From: a candidate division FCPU426 bacterium
GTDB lineage: Bacteria > Oederibacteriota > Muellerivitia > Muellerivitales > Muellerivitaceae
NCBI GenBank assembly: GCA_963847625.1
Contig: CAWKAR010000050.1
Location: forward strand, 1 to 64,000
DNA: 64,000 nt
Direction of reading: 5' to 3'
The translations under genes were made by a program, and so were the position numbers. Each line of letters begins with the position of its first letter. Position 1 is the first letter of the stretch. The notes beneath the pieces are model-generated. The model searched no databases, was not told where the DNA came from, and saw only the letters and a list, made by a program, of their open reading frames with translations. Of the stretch, positions 1 to 9,632 are shown piece by piece.

Positions 1-3000
1 GGCGTGTAGGTGTTGGTGGGAGTGTTTGTCGGCGTGGAAGTCGAAGTGACGGTGGGCGTATTCGTGGGAGTGTTGGTATTCGTGGGTGTGGAGGTGTCGG
101 TGAACGTGGCGGTTGGGGTCGATGTGTAGGTATTGGTGGGAGTGTTCGTTTCAGTCGGCGTGTTCGTGGGCGAGGAGGTGTTCGTCGGGGTTGGGGTGAA
201 CGTATACGTGAAGGGAGGGGTGTTGGTCGAAGTGGGTGTGGCGGTGGAAGTGCTGCTTGGAGTCGGGGTTGGCGTTGAGGTGAACGTGTTGGTCGGAGTC
301 GGGGTGGGAGTGTTGGTAGTTGTCGGCGTGTTGGTGAGAGTCAAAGTCGGCGTATTGGTTGAAGTATTCGTGGGAGTGTTGGTATTCGTCGGCGTATTCG
401 TCGGTGTCGGGGTAGGAGTGTTGGTCGGGGTGTTCGTGGATGTGGGGGTGTTCGTCGGAGTGTTGGTGAATGTTAGCGTGAAGATGGGCGTGTTGGTCGG
501 AGTCGGGGTAGGAGTCGAAGTCGACGTGCTAGTCGACGTCGAAATCGGCGTATTCGTCGGGGTGTTCGTCGGCGTGTTGGTCGGAGTCGGGGTAGGTGTC
601 GAAGTGGACGTGGTGGTCGGAGTCGCAGTCGGTGTCAAGGTCGGCGTGGGGGTGGGTGTTGAGGTCGGTGTTTTCGTCGGGGTGTTCGTGGACGTGGGAG
701 TGGGCGTAGTCGTTGGCGTAATCGTGGGCGTATTCGTGGGTGATGTCGTCCCGGTCGGGCTGGGGGTCGGAGAAGACGTGATGGTGGGTGTAGGGGTGGA
801 CGTGGAAGTCGACGTGTTCGTGGGGGTATTGGTCGGGGTCGGCGTGGGTGTCGTCGTCGGAGTCGGGGTGGGCGTGTTTGTGGGTGTGTTGGTTGGGGTA
901 TTCGTGGGCGTGGGCGAGGATGTGGTTGTCGGGGTGGGTGTCGGGGTGGGTGTGGGCGTACGAGTCGGCGTGTTGGTCGGGGTGAAGGTGGGTGTCGTCG
1001 TCGGAGTCGGTGTGGGAGTGTTCGTGGGGGTGTTGGTCGGGGTATTGGTCGGCGTGGGCGAGGGTGTGATCGTGGGTGTGGAAGTCGAAGTAGGTGTGGA
1101 CGTACGAGTCGGCGTATTGGTCGGGGTGTTCGTGGGTGAGGTGGTCCCGGTCGGGCTGGGGGTCGGAGTGAGTGTGATCGTAGGCGTGTTGGTTGGTGTG
1201 GGCGTGGGCGTGATCGTCGGGGTGGGCGTGGGTGTCCGGGTCGGCGTGTTCGTAGGCGTATTGGTCGGGGTGGGAGAGGGTGTGACTGTGGGCGTAGGGG
1301 TTGGGGTCCTCGTCGGTGTATTCGTGGGCGTATTGGTCGGGGTAGGAGTGGGTGTGGTTGTCGGAGTCGGTGTAGGAGTGTCCGTGGGGGTGTTGGTGGG
1401 GGTATTGGTTGGCGTGGGAGAGGGCGTTGTTGTCGGGGTGGGTGTCGGGGTACGTGTGGGCGTATTAGTCGGGGTATTGGTTGGCGTAGGCGTGGGTGTG
1501 ATCGTGGGTGTGGAAGTCGACGTGGGGGTGGACGTTCTCGTGGGCGTATTGGTCGGGGTATTCGTGGGTGAGGTGGTCCCGGTTGGGCTGGGGGTCGGTG
1601 AGAGCGTATTCGTCGGCGTGTTCGTGGGTGTCGGTGTGGGGGTGATGGTAGGCGTGGGGGTCGGCGTGCGAGTGGGCGTGTTCGTCGGGGTATTCGTCGG
1701 GGTCGGGGTGGGTGTGGTCGTGGGGGTGGGTGTCGGCGTATTCGTGGGTGTGTTGGTTGGGGTGTTGGTTGGCGTGGGCGAGGGTGTCGTCGTGGGGGTG
1801 GGTGTCGGGGTGCGCGTGGGCGTGTTGGTCGGGGTATTCGTCGGGGTGGGCGAGGGTGTCGTCGTGGGGGTGGGTGTCGGGGTGCGCGTAGGTGTGTTCG
1901 TTGGCGTATTGGTTGGCGTGGGCGTGGGTGTGGTCGTGGGGGTGGGCGTGGGTGTGTTCGTGGGTGTGTTGATCGAGGTATTGGTTGGCGTGGGTGTGGG
2001 AGTCGTCGTGAGGGTGGGAGTAGGTGTGGATGTGGGTGTTCTCGTGGGCGTGTTCGTTGGGGTGGGTGTGGGTGTGGTCGTTGGGGTCGGAGTGGGTGTG
2101 TTCGTGGGTGTGTTGGTTGGGGTATTCGTCGGCGTGGGAGAGGGCGTCGTTGTCGGGGTGGGTGTCGGGGTACGTGTGGGCGTATTAGTCGGGGTATTGG
2201 TCGGGGTGGGTGTGGGGGTAATGGTGGGTGTGGGAGTCGGGGTGGGCGTATTCGTGCGAGTTGGCGTGTTGGTCGGGGTGTTCGTGGGCGATGTGGTGCC
2301 GGTCGGGCTGGGGGTCGGCGAAGGTGTATTCGTGGGCGTGTTGGTCGGGGTGGGCGTGGGGGTGATGGTAGGCGTGGGAGTCGGCGTGCGCGTGGGTGTG
2401 TTCGTCGGCGTATTGGTCGGGGTAGGAGTGGGTGTGGTCGTCGGGGTCGGCGTGGGTGTCCTTGTCGGTGTATTCGTAGGCGTGTTCGTCGGGGTGGGTG
2501 TGGGTGTGGTCGTTGGGGTCGGCGTGGGGGTGTTCGTAGGTGTGTTCGTAGGGGTATTGGTCGGGGTGGGAGTCGGGGTCGTGGTGGGAGTAGGAGTCGG
2601 TGTCCGAGTCGGTGTGTTCGTGGGAGTATTCGTCGGGGTAGGAGTGGGGCTTGTGGTAGGAGTTGGGGTCGGGGTGGGAGTAGGGGTTCTCGTGGGCGTG
2701 TTAGTAGGGGTCGGGGTTGGGGTCGTCGTCGGAGTCGGTGTTGGCGTGTTCGTGGGAGTCAGGGTAGGGGTATTCGTAGGCGTAGGGGTGGGCGTACGGG
2801 TCGGAGTGGGTGTAGGAGTATTCGTGGGTGTGTTCGTGGGGGTGTTTGTGGGTGTAGGCGTGGGGCTTGTTGTGGGGGTGGGTGTTGGCGTCCGGGTCGG
2901 GGTGTTCGTGGGGGTATTGGTTGGCGTGGGAGTGGGCGAGACGGTCGGGGTTGGAGTTGGGGTGTTCGTCGGGGTCGGAGTCGGCGTCCGGGTCGGGGTG

Positions 3001-3746
3001 TTCGTGGGGGTATTGGTCGGCGTGGGGGTGGGAGAGACGGTCGGGGTCGGGGTTGGGGTGTTCGTCGGGGTTGGAGTGGGTGTCCGGGTCGGGGTGTTCG
3101 TGGGGGTATTGGTCGGCGTGGGGGTGGGCGAGACGGTCGGGGTCGGTGTCGGGGTGTTCGTCGGGGTGGGTGTATTCGTCCGGGTCGGCGTGGGAGTGGG
3201 AGAAGGTGTATTGGTTGGGGTTGGGGTGTTGGTCGGGGTAGGGGTCGGCGTCCTGGTCGGGGTATTCGTAGGGGTATTGGTGGGGGTGGGAGTGGGCGAG
3301 ACAGTCGGAGTCGGGGTCGGGGTGTTCGTCGGGGTCCTTGTCGGTGTATTCGTAGGCGTATTCGTCGGGGTGGGGGTAGGTGACACGGTTGGGGTCGGAG
3401 TCGGGGTGTTCGTCGGGGTCGGCGTATTCGTCCGGGTCGGGGTGTTTGTTGGTGTGGGGGTAGGTGTCGGGGTATTCGTCGGGGTCGGAGTCGGCGTCCG
3501 GGTTGGGGTATTTGTGGGGGTATTGGTCGGCGTGGGAGTGGGCGAGACTGTCGGGGTCGGGGTGGGCGAATTCGTCCGGGTCGGCGTGGGAGTTGGAGTT
3601 GGAGTGTTTGTCGGGGTCGGAGTATTGGTAAAGGTATAAGTGTAGGTATAGGTATGGGTGAAGGTGTTAGTGACATTAGGGGTCCAGGTATAGGTGGGGG
3701 TGTAGGTGCGGGTAAAGGTATAAGTCGGTGTAAAGGTATTGGTGGG
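1..3746 (-). repeat. Coding low-complexity repeat (Thr-X dipeptides, X mostly P/N) with 72-bp and 96-bp higher-order units
   Basis: Three 96-bp units start at 2891, 2987 and 3083; 72-bp periodicity e.g. 1781/1853; landmark TPSPTGT(T/S)SPT segments near 750, 1146, 1578 and 2298. Confidence 0.95.
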
Positions 3747-4931
3747 GCAATTCATGATGTAGGTGATGGAATTCGATGTGACGGCGGGGTTGAGCATCGA
3801 ATAATTGTTGGTCCGCGTCAGGCAATCGTAAACGGCATTGGCGGTGTCGTCCGTGCCGACAACGGTGGTCGACCAACAATAGGGCACCCAGCCGGAACCG
3901 TTATAGGAAGCCCCGGGGAAACCTTTCGATCCGATCATCGTCACCGTTTGGTCCCAGTCGTAGTAAAAACCGTTGGAGTCGGGGGGGGGACCGAATCCCT
4001 TGTTCGTGATTCCCAGGACGGAACTGCGGAAACCCTCGCTCCAGAAGAAGGTCGAACCGCCGGCGATCCCGGAATCAGTGAAGGTGACCGCGCCTGAAAC
4101 CCAATGTCCCGAGTTGCAGGCCGTCAGGGCAATAGTGACATATCTGTTCCCCGGATTTGTATTCTGCTGGTAGCCGGTGAAAGTCACGGCATTCGCGTTC
4201 CCGGTCGCGCCGTCGCCTGACCAGCCCACGAAACTCTTGGTGAGGGTGATGTTCGTCGCGGGCGGGGTGGGGACGGGAGGGGGGATCGTGGTGGACTGGG
4301 AGAAGAAAAGGGCGCCGTTGCAGTTGCCAGTGCTGTAAAGCCCGGTGGAGTCGCCGGATAAATAGGGAACCTGGGCCCCGGTCGAGGGGTTATAGAGGGA
4401 TTGGCTCCAACAGCAATCGCCCGAGGTGGTACTGACTTGAACCGGATTGCTCCAACCGCTTGTGCCGTAGTTGGTCGCATACCAGTTGCTGGCGGGGGCA
4501 GTGGACGGGTTTCCGGAGCTCACGTAATCCATCTTAACGGTGCCGCTCCCGCTAGTGATCTGGGAATGTTCCCCGCCGGAACAGGTGATATCCAGATCCC
4601 AGGAGGCATAAACGTTATTGCAGGCGGTGTTTTGGGTATAGACCGATATATAAACTTGGCTTCCGGTTAAAAGGGATGTATTAACGGTGATGCAACCCGG
4701 GGGACAGACTCCTGTGCCGTCCCAGTTGCAATAAGCCACTTGCCCCAGGTAAACACCACCGACGTAGACTTGGGACCAGTCGTCGCTGGCCACGCAAATC
4801 TGGGCGGAGGTCGGTGTGCATGTTTGGGACCATGACCGAATGGGGAAAGCGGCGAAAAACAAAACCCCTAAAATCGGTATGAGTTGCCTGGTTTTGCGTC
4901 GAATAAAAGTTTTAAACGATAAAAAAACCAT
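1..4931 (-). CDS. Giant secreted Thr/Pro-repeat (mucin-like) protein, >=1643 aa, 3' end runs off the window
   Basis: Manual translation from ATG 4931: [36 protein letters not shown] (signal peptide), then a Cys-rich globular region of about 360 aa ([15 protein letters not shown]...; NITLTKS...[11 protein letters not shown]), then TPTNTPTPT repeats; frame still matches at position 3 with no stop seen. Absent from the ORF track because there is no stop in the window. Confidence 0.93.
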   Translation of the reverse strand, partial: MVFLSFKTFIRRKTRQLIPILGVLFFAAFPIRSWSQTCTPTSAQICVASDDWSQVYVGGVYLGQVAYCNWDGTGVCPPGCITVNTSLLTGSQVYISVYTQNTACNNVYASWDLDITCSGGEHSQITSGSGTVKMDYVSSGNPSTAPASNWYATNYGTSGWSNPVQVSTTSGDCCWSQSLYNPSTGAQVPYLSGDSTGLYSTGNCNGALFFSQSTTIPPPVPTPPATNITLTKSFVGWSGDGATGNANAVTFTGYQQNTNPGNRYVTIALTACNSGHWVSGAVTFTDSGIAGGSTFFWSEGFRSSVLGITNKGFGPPPDSNGFYYDWDQTVTMIGSKGFPGASYNGSGWVPYCWSTTVVGTDDTANAVYDCLTRTNNYSMLNPAVTSNSITYIMNCPTNTFTPTYTFTRTYTPTYTWTPNVTNTFTHTYTYTYTFTNTPTPTNTPTPTPTPTRTNSPTPTPTVSPTPTPTNTPTNTPTRTPTPTPTNTPTPTPTPTNTPTRTNTPTPTNTPTPTPTVSPTPTPTNTPTNTPTRTPTNTPTPTPTVSPTPTPTNTPTNTPTRTPTPTPTNTPTPTNTPSPTPTPTRTNTPTPTNTPTPTPTVSPTPTPTNTPTNTPTRTPTPTPTNTPTPTPTVSPTPTPTNTPTNTPTRTPTPTPTNTPTPTPTVSPTPTPTNTPTNTPTRTPTPTPTTSPTPTPTNTPTNTPTNTPTPTPTRTPTPTPTNTPTLTPTNTPTPTPTTTPTPTPTNTPTRTPTPTPTPTPTTSPTPTPTNTPTNTPTRTPTPTPTTTPTPTPTNTPTNTPTNTPTPTPTTTPTPTPTNTPTNTPTRTPTPTPTTTPTPTPTNTPTNTPTRTPTPTPTITPTPTPTNTPTNTPSPTPSPTGTTSPTNTPTNTPTRTNTPTPTPTPTITPTPTPTNTPTNTPTRTPTPTPTTTPSPTPTNTPTNTPTNTPTPTPTTTPTPTPTNTPTRTPTSTPTPTLTTTPTPTPTNTSINTPTNTPTPTPTTTPTPTPTNTPTNTPTRTPTPTPTTTPSPTPTNTPTNTPTRTPTPTPTTTPSPTPTNTPTNTPTNTPTPTPTTTPTPTPTNTPTNTPTRTPTPTPTITPTPTPTNTPTNTLSPTPSPTGTTSPTNTPTNTPTRTSTPTSTSTPTITPTPTPTNTPTNTPTRTPTPTPTTTPSPTPTNTPTNTPTDTPTPTPTTTPTPTPTNTPTNTPTRTPTPTPTVTPSPTPTNTPTNTPTRTPTPTPTITPTPTPTNTPTITLTPTPSPTGTTSPTNTPTNTPTRTSTPTSTSTPTITPSPTPTNTPTNTPTNTPTPTPTTTPTFTPTNTPTRTPTPTPTPTPTTTSSPTPTNTPTNTPTNTPTPTPTTTPTPTPTNTPTNTSTSTSTPTPTITSSPTPSPTGTTSPTNTPTITPTTTPTPTSTNTPTKTPTSTPTPTPTLTPTATPTTTSTSTPTPTPTNTPTNTPTNTPISTSTSTSTSTPTPTPTNTPIFTLTFTNTPTNTPTSTNTPTNTPTPTPTNTPTNTNTPTNTSTNTPTLTLTNTPTTTNTPTPTPTNTFTSTPTPTPSSTSTATPTSTNTPPFTYTFTPTPTNTSSPTNTPTETNTPTNTYTSTPTATFTDTSTPTNTNTPTNTPTVTSTSTPTNTPTNTYT

Positions 4932-5398
4932 GTAAATTTGCACTCCATCCCGTAAAACTTGATTCAATTTTCAAATTGAAAAACTTGGCAAATGATTATA
5001 ACCCAAAAAGAATTTACTTTTACCGCCTTGCGGCCACAGTACTATCTCTTTAAAAACAAGCATAATTTATTCCAAAAAAGGGTATCAGGATGCTAAATCC
5101 CAAACCCCCTTATTCACTGATTTAAAGTGTTTTGTTTTAGAACTTGGAAGCGTTTTTATGTAATTCCACCCTCATAAAATCGCGAGAAACACTTAAAATA
5201 GCCTTTCCTTTAAGCATATCTTGAATCAGGAACTGCTAAAACGCTTTATTACTCCCCCGCCATTTTCTTTCCGAAAAAAAGGTCTAAATTGTCAGTTTTT
5301 TGAATTTGTTGAAACTATTTTTGACTTTTTTAGATTAATAAATCTCAATCCTATAACCAAAATAAGCTTGATTCATGGAGTCGTTTTCTTCCGCGATT

Positions 5399-6244
5399 TT
5401 AGGGCCACTTGCACCAGGGAAACTGCGCGGCGATAGCCGTCTCCAAAAGTCCATCCGGGATGATACGTTTCAGGAAATAAAGGGCCTTGTCCTCGAATTT
5501 CACCAGGTAACGCCTCTTCATGGTTTTGTCCTGGAAGGCCTTGAGAACCGACTTGACCGCCGTTTCAACCGGCGCGGCCTTCTTGAAGCGATCCAGCGAG
5601 AATTTCTCGAAGGACTCGGTAAAGGCCCGATAGGGAGACTGGCTCGAATAGACTCGGTCGCCCCGGCGGGTGTTGTCCACTACCGAAGTCTTGATCTCGC
5701 TCATGACCAGTTCGGAAACTTCCACGCCGAAAGGGCGGGTTTCCATGCGCAGGGCCTCGGTGATGGAATTAACCGCAGACTTGCTGGCTGAGTAGGGCCC
5801 CAGGACCGGCAGGGCCAGGTATCCGCCGATGCTTCCCACGTTGAGGATCCTTCCCGTTTTCTTCCGGCGCATGTGGGGCAATACCGCCCGGGTCACCCTC
5901 AGCATTCCGAAGACGTTGGTATCGAATTGGGCCTTGATTTCCCCATCGGTCAAGTCCTCCCAAAAACCCGCCATCACGAACCCCGCGTTGTTCAACAAGA
6001 AATCGATTCGGCCTTCCTTGTGGATCACCTGTTTCACGGCTCTTTCCACCGAGGAAGTGCGGTTGACGTCCATCACGACGGGGAAGAGGGGGAGTTTCTG
6101 GGCCAGGTTCCAAAGCTGTCCACTTTTGTTGGGGTTGCGGTAGGTGGCGTAAACCCGGATTCCCTTCCGGGCCATGGCCTCGGCGCAGGCAAGGCCCAGG
6201 CCCGAGTTGGCTCCGGTGATCAGGGCGACGTCGATTTTTTCCAT
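5399..6244 (-). CDS. Short-chain dehydrogenase/reductase (SDR)
   Basis: TGANSGLG, NNAG and YSASK (YxxxK) motifs. Confidence 0.93.
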   Translation of the reverse strand: MEKIDVALITGANSGLGLACAEAMARKGIRVYATYRNPNKSGQLWNLAQKLPLFPVVMDVNRTSSVERAVKQVIHKEGRIDFLLNNAGFVMAGFWEDLTDGEIKAQFDTNVFGMLRVTRAVLPHMRRKKTGRILNVGSIGGYLALPVLGPYSASKSAVNSITEALRMETRPFGVEVSELVMSEIKTSVVDNTRRGDRVYSSQSPYRAFTESFEKFSLDRFKKAAPVETAVKSVLKAFQDKTMKRRYLVKFEDKALYFLKRIIPDGLLETAIAAQFPWCKWP

Positions 6245-6247
6245 TTT

Positions 6248-7105
6248 TTACCTCTCGAAGCGGGAATACATACCCCGAAGGATTCGGTCAAACAAGGCAT
6301 CCGGAATGAACCGCCGGAGGAAGGGCAACCATCGGGCATCGGTACCCGCCGTATAACGTATCGCCATGCGTTTATCCCGCAGGGCCTTCAGGATCGTCCA
6401 GGATACCACTTGGGGGCCAGGGCCCTGGGCCGGCTGCTGGTCCCCGTAATCGAGGATATTGGAAAGGACCTTTTGATAGGCCGACTTTCCCTCCAGGAAA
6501 ACTCCTGCCTTGCGCCGGTTAGCCTTGAAGGCGGTATTCATCTGCCCGGGCTCGATGACTCCCACCTGGATATTGAAGGGCCTCAATTCCAGCCGGAGGC
6601 TTTCAGTGACCGCTTCCACGGCGTGTTTGCTGGAGCAATAGAGTCCGATGCCGGCGAAGGTCATGTGCCCGGCGAGGGATCCCACCTGGAGGATCCGGCC
6701 TGATTTCCGGGAGCGCATCGCGGGAAGCACCGCCTTCGTCACCCGCAAAAGGCCGAAAACATTGGTTTCGTATTGGGCCAGGATCTCCTGGTCGGAAAAT
6801 TCCTCCAGGGCCCCGAAGGCGCCCCAGCCCGCGTTATTAATGAGAACATCGATGCGGCCTGTGGATTTAACCACGGAGGAAACGGCTTTCTTCACCGAGG
6901 CGGCTTTGTCCACGTCCAGGGCAAGGATTTCCACTGGAAGTCCCGCGGCTTTTTCCCGCAAAGTCACGGCTTTCTTCAGGTTTCGAAGGGTGGCGAAAAC
7001 CCGGTATCCCTTTTGGGCCAGGAGGACCGACGTCTCAAGTCCGATGCCGGTGGAGCAGCCGGTGATGATCGCAACAGGTCGGTTATCCAATCCAGGCTCC
7101 TTCAA
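6248..7105 (-). CDS. Short-chain dehydrogenase/reductase (SDR), tandem paralog
   Basis: TGCSTGIG, NNAG, YCSSK; ends 3 bp before the next SDR. Start may be TTG 7090, after AAGGAG. Confidence 0.92.
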   Translation of the reverse strand: MKEPGLDNRPVAIITGCSTGIGLETSVLLAQKGYRVFATLRNLKKAVTLREKAAGLPVEILALDVDKAASVKKAVSSVVKSTGRIDVLINNAGWGAFGALEEFSDQEILAQYETNVFGLLRVTKAVLPAMRSRKSGRILQVGSLAGHMTFAGIGLYCSSKHAVEAVTESLRLELRPFNIQVGVIEPGQMNTAFKANRRKAGVFLEGKSAYQKVLSNILDYGDQQPAQGPGPQVVSWTILKALRDKRMAIRYTAGTDARWLPFLRRFIPDALFDRILRGMYSRFER

Positions 7106-7270
7106 GTGGTTGTGGGGTGGGAGCAGTCTAAAACAACAAAAAGGAAACCAAAAGCGGTAAAAGTCCGCAGACGGACTTCAGACCGTCCTTTCCGCATTGC
7201 CCCGGGGTAAAAAAAAAGATAGGATAAGTGCCTGAAAAGCTTTATTCCTCCCTTGTTTTAAGGAGATGCT

Positions 7271-7960
7271 ATGCGCCTTCAAGCTTGCCTTGGTTTGGCC
7301 CTCTGCTTGGCCCTCCCTGCCGCCCTCGCGGCTAAAGCTTACAATGAGATGTCCGTGGAAAAACTCAACGGAACGGTCATGATCCAGCATGCCGACGGTT
7401 CCGATCCAACCGCCCTCCAGACGGGCAGCACCGTGCAAAAAGGCGACACCCTGACGGTCTTCGATAAAAGCTGGGTGATACTCAAGTCCCACCGTGGGGA
7501 TCGAATCGGCTTCGATGGAGACAAGGGCCCGACGGTAGTGTTTGTCGACGAGTTCTTTATCGAGGGCCCCGACCGGCAGATCCGCTTCCTTTTGCAAAAA
7601 GGGACCCTTTTCCTCAAAACCAACGGTTGCGGTTCCCGGCAGAGTTTTTTCGAGATTAACGCCGGCTCGGTGGTTACCTCGATCAACAACACCCGCGCCA
7701 TCCTGAACTTCGACCCGGGCCAAAACCAGCTCAAGGTGCAATACCTGGACGGCAAGATGACCGTGTTGGACAAGAACAGCGAGCAGGTCATGAGCGAACT
7801 GCATACCGAGCACCAATGGAAGGACGGGGTCCTGCAGGATAAGGGACAGGAACAGGGACCGGAATACATGGATGAGTTAGACAGCGTCAACTTCAGCAGG
7901 TTTTTTGACGGCGAAACCCGGCTTCAACCCGAAAGTAACAACATCCTCCTGACGAAATAA
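7271..7960 (+). CDS. Secreted FecR-domain protein
   Basis: AAGGAG RBS, signal peptide, FecR-like beta pattern (LQTGSTVQKGDTL...LQKGTL...FEINAGSVVT). Confidence 0.7.
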   Translation: MRLQACLGLALCLALPAALAAKAYNEMSVEKLNGTVMIQHADGSDPTALQTGSTVQKGDTLTVFDKSWVILKSHRGDRIGFDGDKGPTVVFVDEFFIEGPDRQIRFLLQKGTLFLKTNGCGSRQSFFEINAGSVVTSINNTRAILNFDPGQNQLKVQYLDGKMTVLDKNSEQVMSELHTEHQWKDGVLQDKGQEQGPEYMDELDSVNFSRFFDGETRLQPESNNILLTK

Positions 7961-8010
7961 ATTTTTCCTTTCACCTATTCGATTCACCTCTTCTTTCGAA
8001 CGGATGGACC

Positions 8011-8199
8011 ATGAATCCCCTCAATCTTGAATTTTCCTGTCCTTATTGTGGTTATCCCAATTTTTCCCCGGTGGATCCCCTGACCGGTGTCCATGAATGG
8101 ACCTCGGACTGTGAGAACTGTTGCCGGCCGATCTCCTTGAGGGTCAGGGTCCGGTATGGGGCAATCGAGGAATGGATCATGGACCGGGAGCAGGACTGA
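8011..8199 (+). CDS. CPXCG-motif cysteine-rich small protein
   Basis: CPYCG ... DCENCCRPI signature. Confidence 0.85.
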   Translation: MNPLNLEFSCPYCGYPNFSPVDPLTGVHEWTSDCENCCRPISLRVRVRYGAIEEWIMDREQD

Positions 8200-8249
8200 G
8201 AGAAGCAAGGGGAAAAAACATTCGGCGATCAACCGGCGGTTATCCTCTG

Positions 8250-8966
8250 TTAATTAAAAGGCGCCCCGCCCGTGTGGATGAGGTTCAACACCACCTTGGT
8301 GGCCATGAAAAGATAATACCCCAAGAGGCCCAAACCGCAGATCCAGGTGATAAGGCCGAGGGCCTTCCGGTTGAATAGGTTCCGGCTGTAGTGCACGCCC
8401 ATCCCCAGGCAGAAGAACCAGACCAGTTCGCTTACCAAGACCGCCGAGAAAAAGGTCGTGGCGGCCCCGCCCATCAGGGCAATGGGTCCCGAGACCTGGT
8501 ACTGGTACACTTGCATCGTGCCGACCCAGCCGATCCACCGCAGGAGGGTGAAAGGGTTGGTGGCGTTCAGGATAATTCCCATAACGAAGGAATTATCCAA
8601 CCACTGAACCTGGCGCCGCAGGGACGAATTAGCCTGCGCCTCGGGACTGTCCCCTATCTCCGTCAGCATGGAATAAGCCAAGTACAGTAGGAATATCACG
8701 CAGATGGCGAAAAGGATGAACTTCCAGGAACCCGCGAAGCCCTCGTGGGCCAGGCCCACGAAAACCGCATAGGCGCATAAGGCGTCCATGATGGCCGCGC
8801 CCGCTCCCACCAGGAAGGTTTGTTGGAATCCGCCCAGGATTCCCCGGCGGATGGCCAGGAAATTCACCGGGCCGATCATGGCGGCCGTGCAAAAGCCGAT
8901 GATGAGCCCCTGGGTGATGGCGGCGTAAATCAGTTTGACGGTTTCGTTCATGGGCATGGCCGGCAT
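8250..8966 (-). CDS. LysE/RhtB-family amino acid exporter
   Basis: GPVNFLAIRRG, GAAIMD and ILNATNP motifs; about 6 TM segments. True start may be ATG 8957. Confidence 0.85.
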   Translation of the reverse strand: MPAMPMNETVKLIYAAITQGLIIGFCTAAMIGPVNFLAIRRGILGGFQQTFLVGAGAAIMDALCAYAVFVGLAHEGFAGSWKFILFAICVIFLLYLAYSMLTEIGDSPEAQANSSLRRQVQWLDNSFVMGIILNATNPFTLLRWIGWVGTMQVYQYQVSGPIALMGGAATTFFSAVLVSELVWFFCLGMGVHYSRNLFNRKALGLITWICGLGLLGYYLFMATKVVLNLIHTGGAPFN

Positions 8967-9108
8967 ATTTTACCGGAACCCATCGGGAGAAAACACAGGC
9001 TTTTTCCACTTTGTGCGCGGATTCCGGGAACATCGGGTTTGTTTTTCAACTTTCCCCCAAATTTGATATCCTGACCTCGTTCACTTCCGGATTGAAAGGA
9101 TCGGGCTT

Positions 9109-9600
9109 ATGGCACTATCTTCCAAGGCGCTGGTCAACATCCTCATGGGCAGCAAATCGGACTGGGAAACCATGAAAAACGCCTCTGACATCCTGAACGG
9201 GTTAGGAGTTGCCCACGAGTGCCGCGTCCTATCGGCGCACCGCACGCCCAAGGAAACCACCACTTATGTCGGCGGCGCCGAGGCCCGGGGCGTGGAGGTC
9301 ATCATCGCGGCGGCGGGCGGGGCGGCCCACCTGGCCGGGATTTGCGCGGCCCATACGATCCTTCCGGTCCTGGGCGTGCCCCTGGAAAGCAAACTGCTCG
9401 GCCTGGACTCGCTTCTCTCCACCGTCCAGATGCCGGGGGGAATCCCCGTGGGGACCCTGGCCATCGGCAAGGCTGGCGCCATAAACGCCGCTCTATTGGC
9501 TGTGGCCATTTTGGCCGGTAAAAGGCCGGACCTGAAAAAGAAACTCAAGAAATTCCGCGAAGGCCAAATCGCTAAAGTTCTCAAGGAAAAATTAACCTAA
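9109..9600 (+). CDS. purE: N5-CAIR mutase PurE
   Basis: MGSKSD, SAHRTP, AGGAAHLAG, SLLSTVQMPGGIPV. Confidence 0.97.
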   Translation: MALSSKALVNILMGSKSDWETMKNASDILNGLGVAHECRVLSAHRTPKETTTYVGGAEARGVEVIIAAAGGAAHLAGICAAHTILPVLGVPLESKLLGLDSLLSTVQMPGGIPVGTLAIGKAGAINAALLAVAILAGKRPDLKKKLKKFREGQIAKVLKEKLT

Positions 9601-9632
9601 CCAAACTCGGAAAGTTGCGGTTATTTTTAGCG

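Noticed and set aside
133..3639. 1168-aa Val/Gly-repeat ORF on the + strand
   Set aside because: Antisense shadow: ACN/CCN codons on the minus strand read as GTN/GGN. The minus frame has a start, signal peptide and globular head.
1..3746. Possible CRISPR array or non-coding satellite
   Set aside because: Strict 3-nt periodicity with synonymous variation, no repeat-spacer structure and no cas genes.
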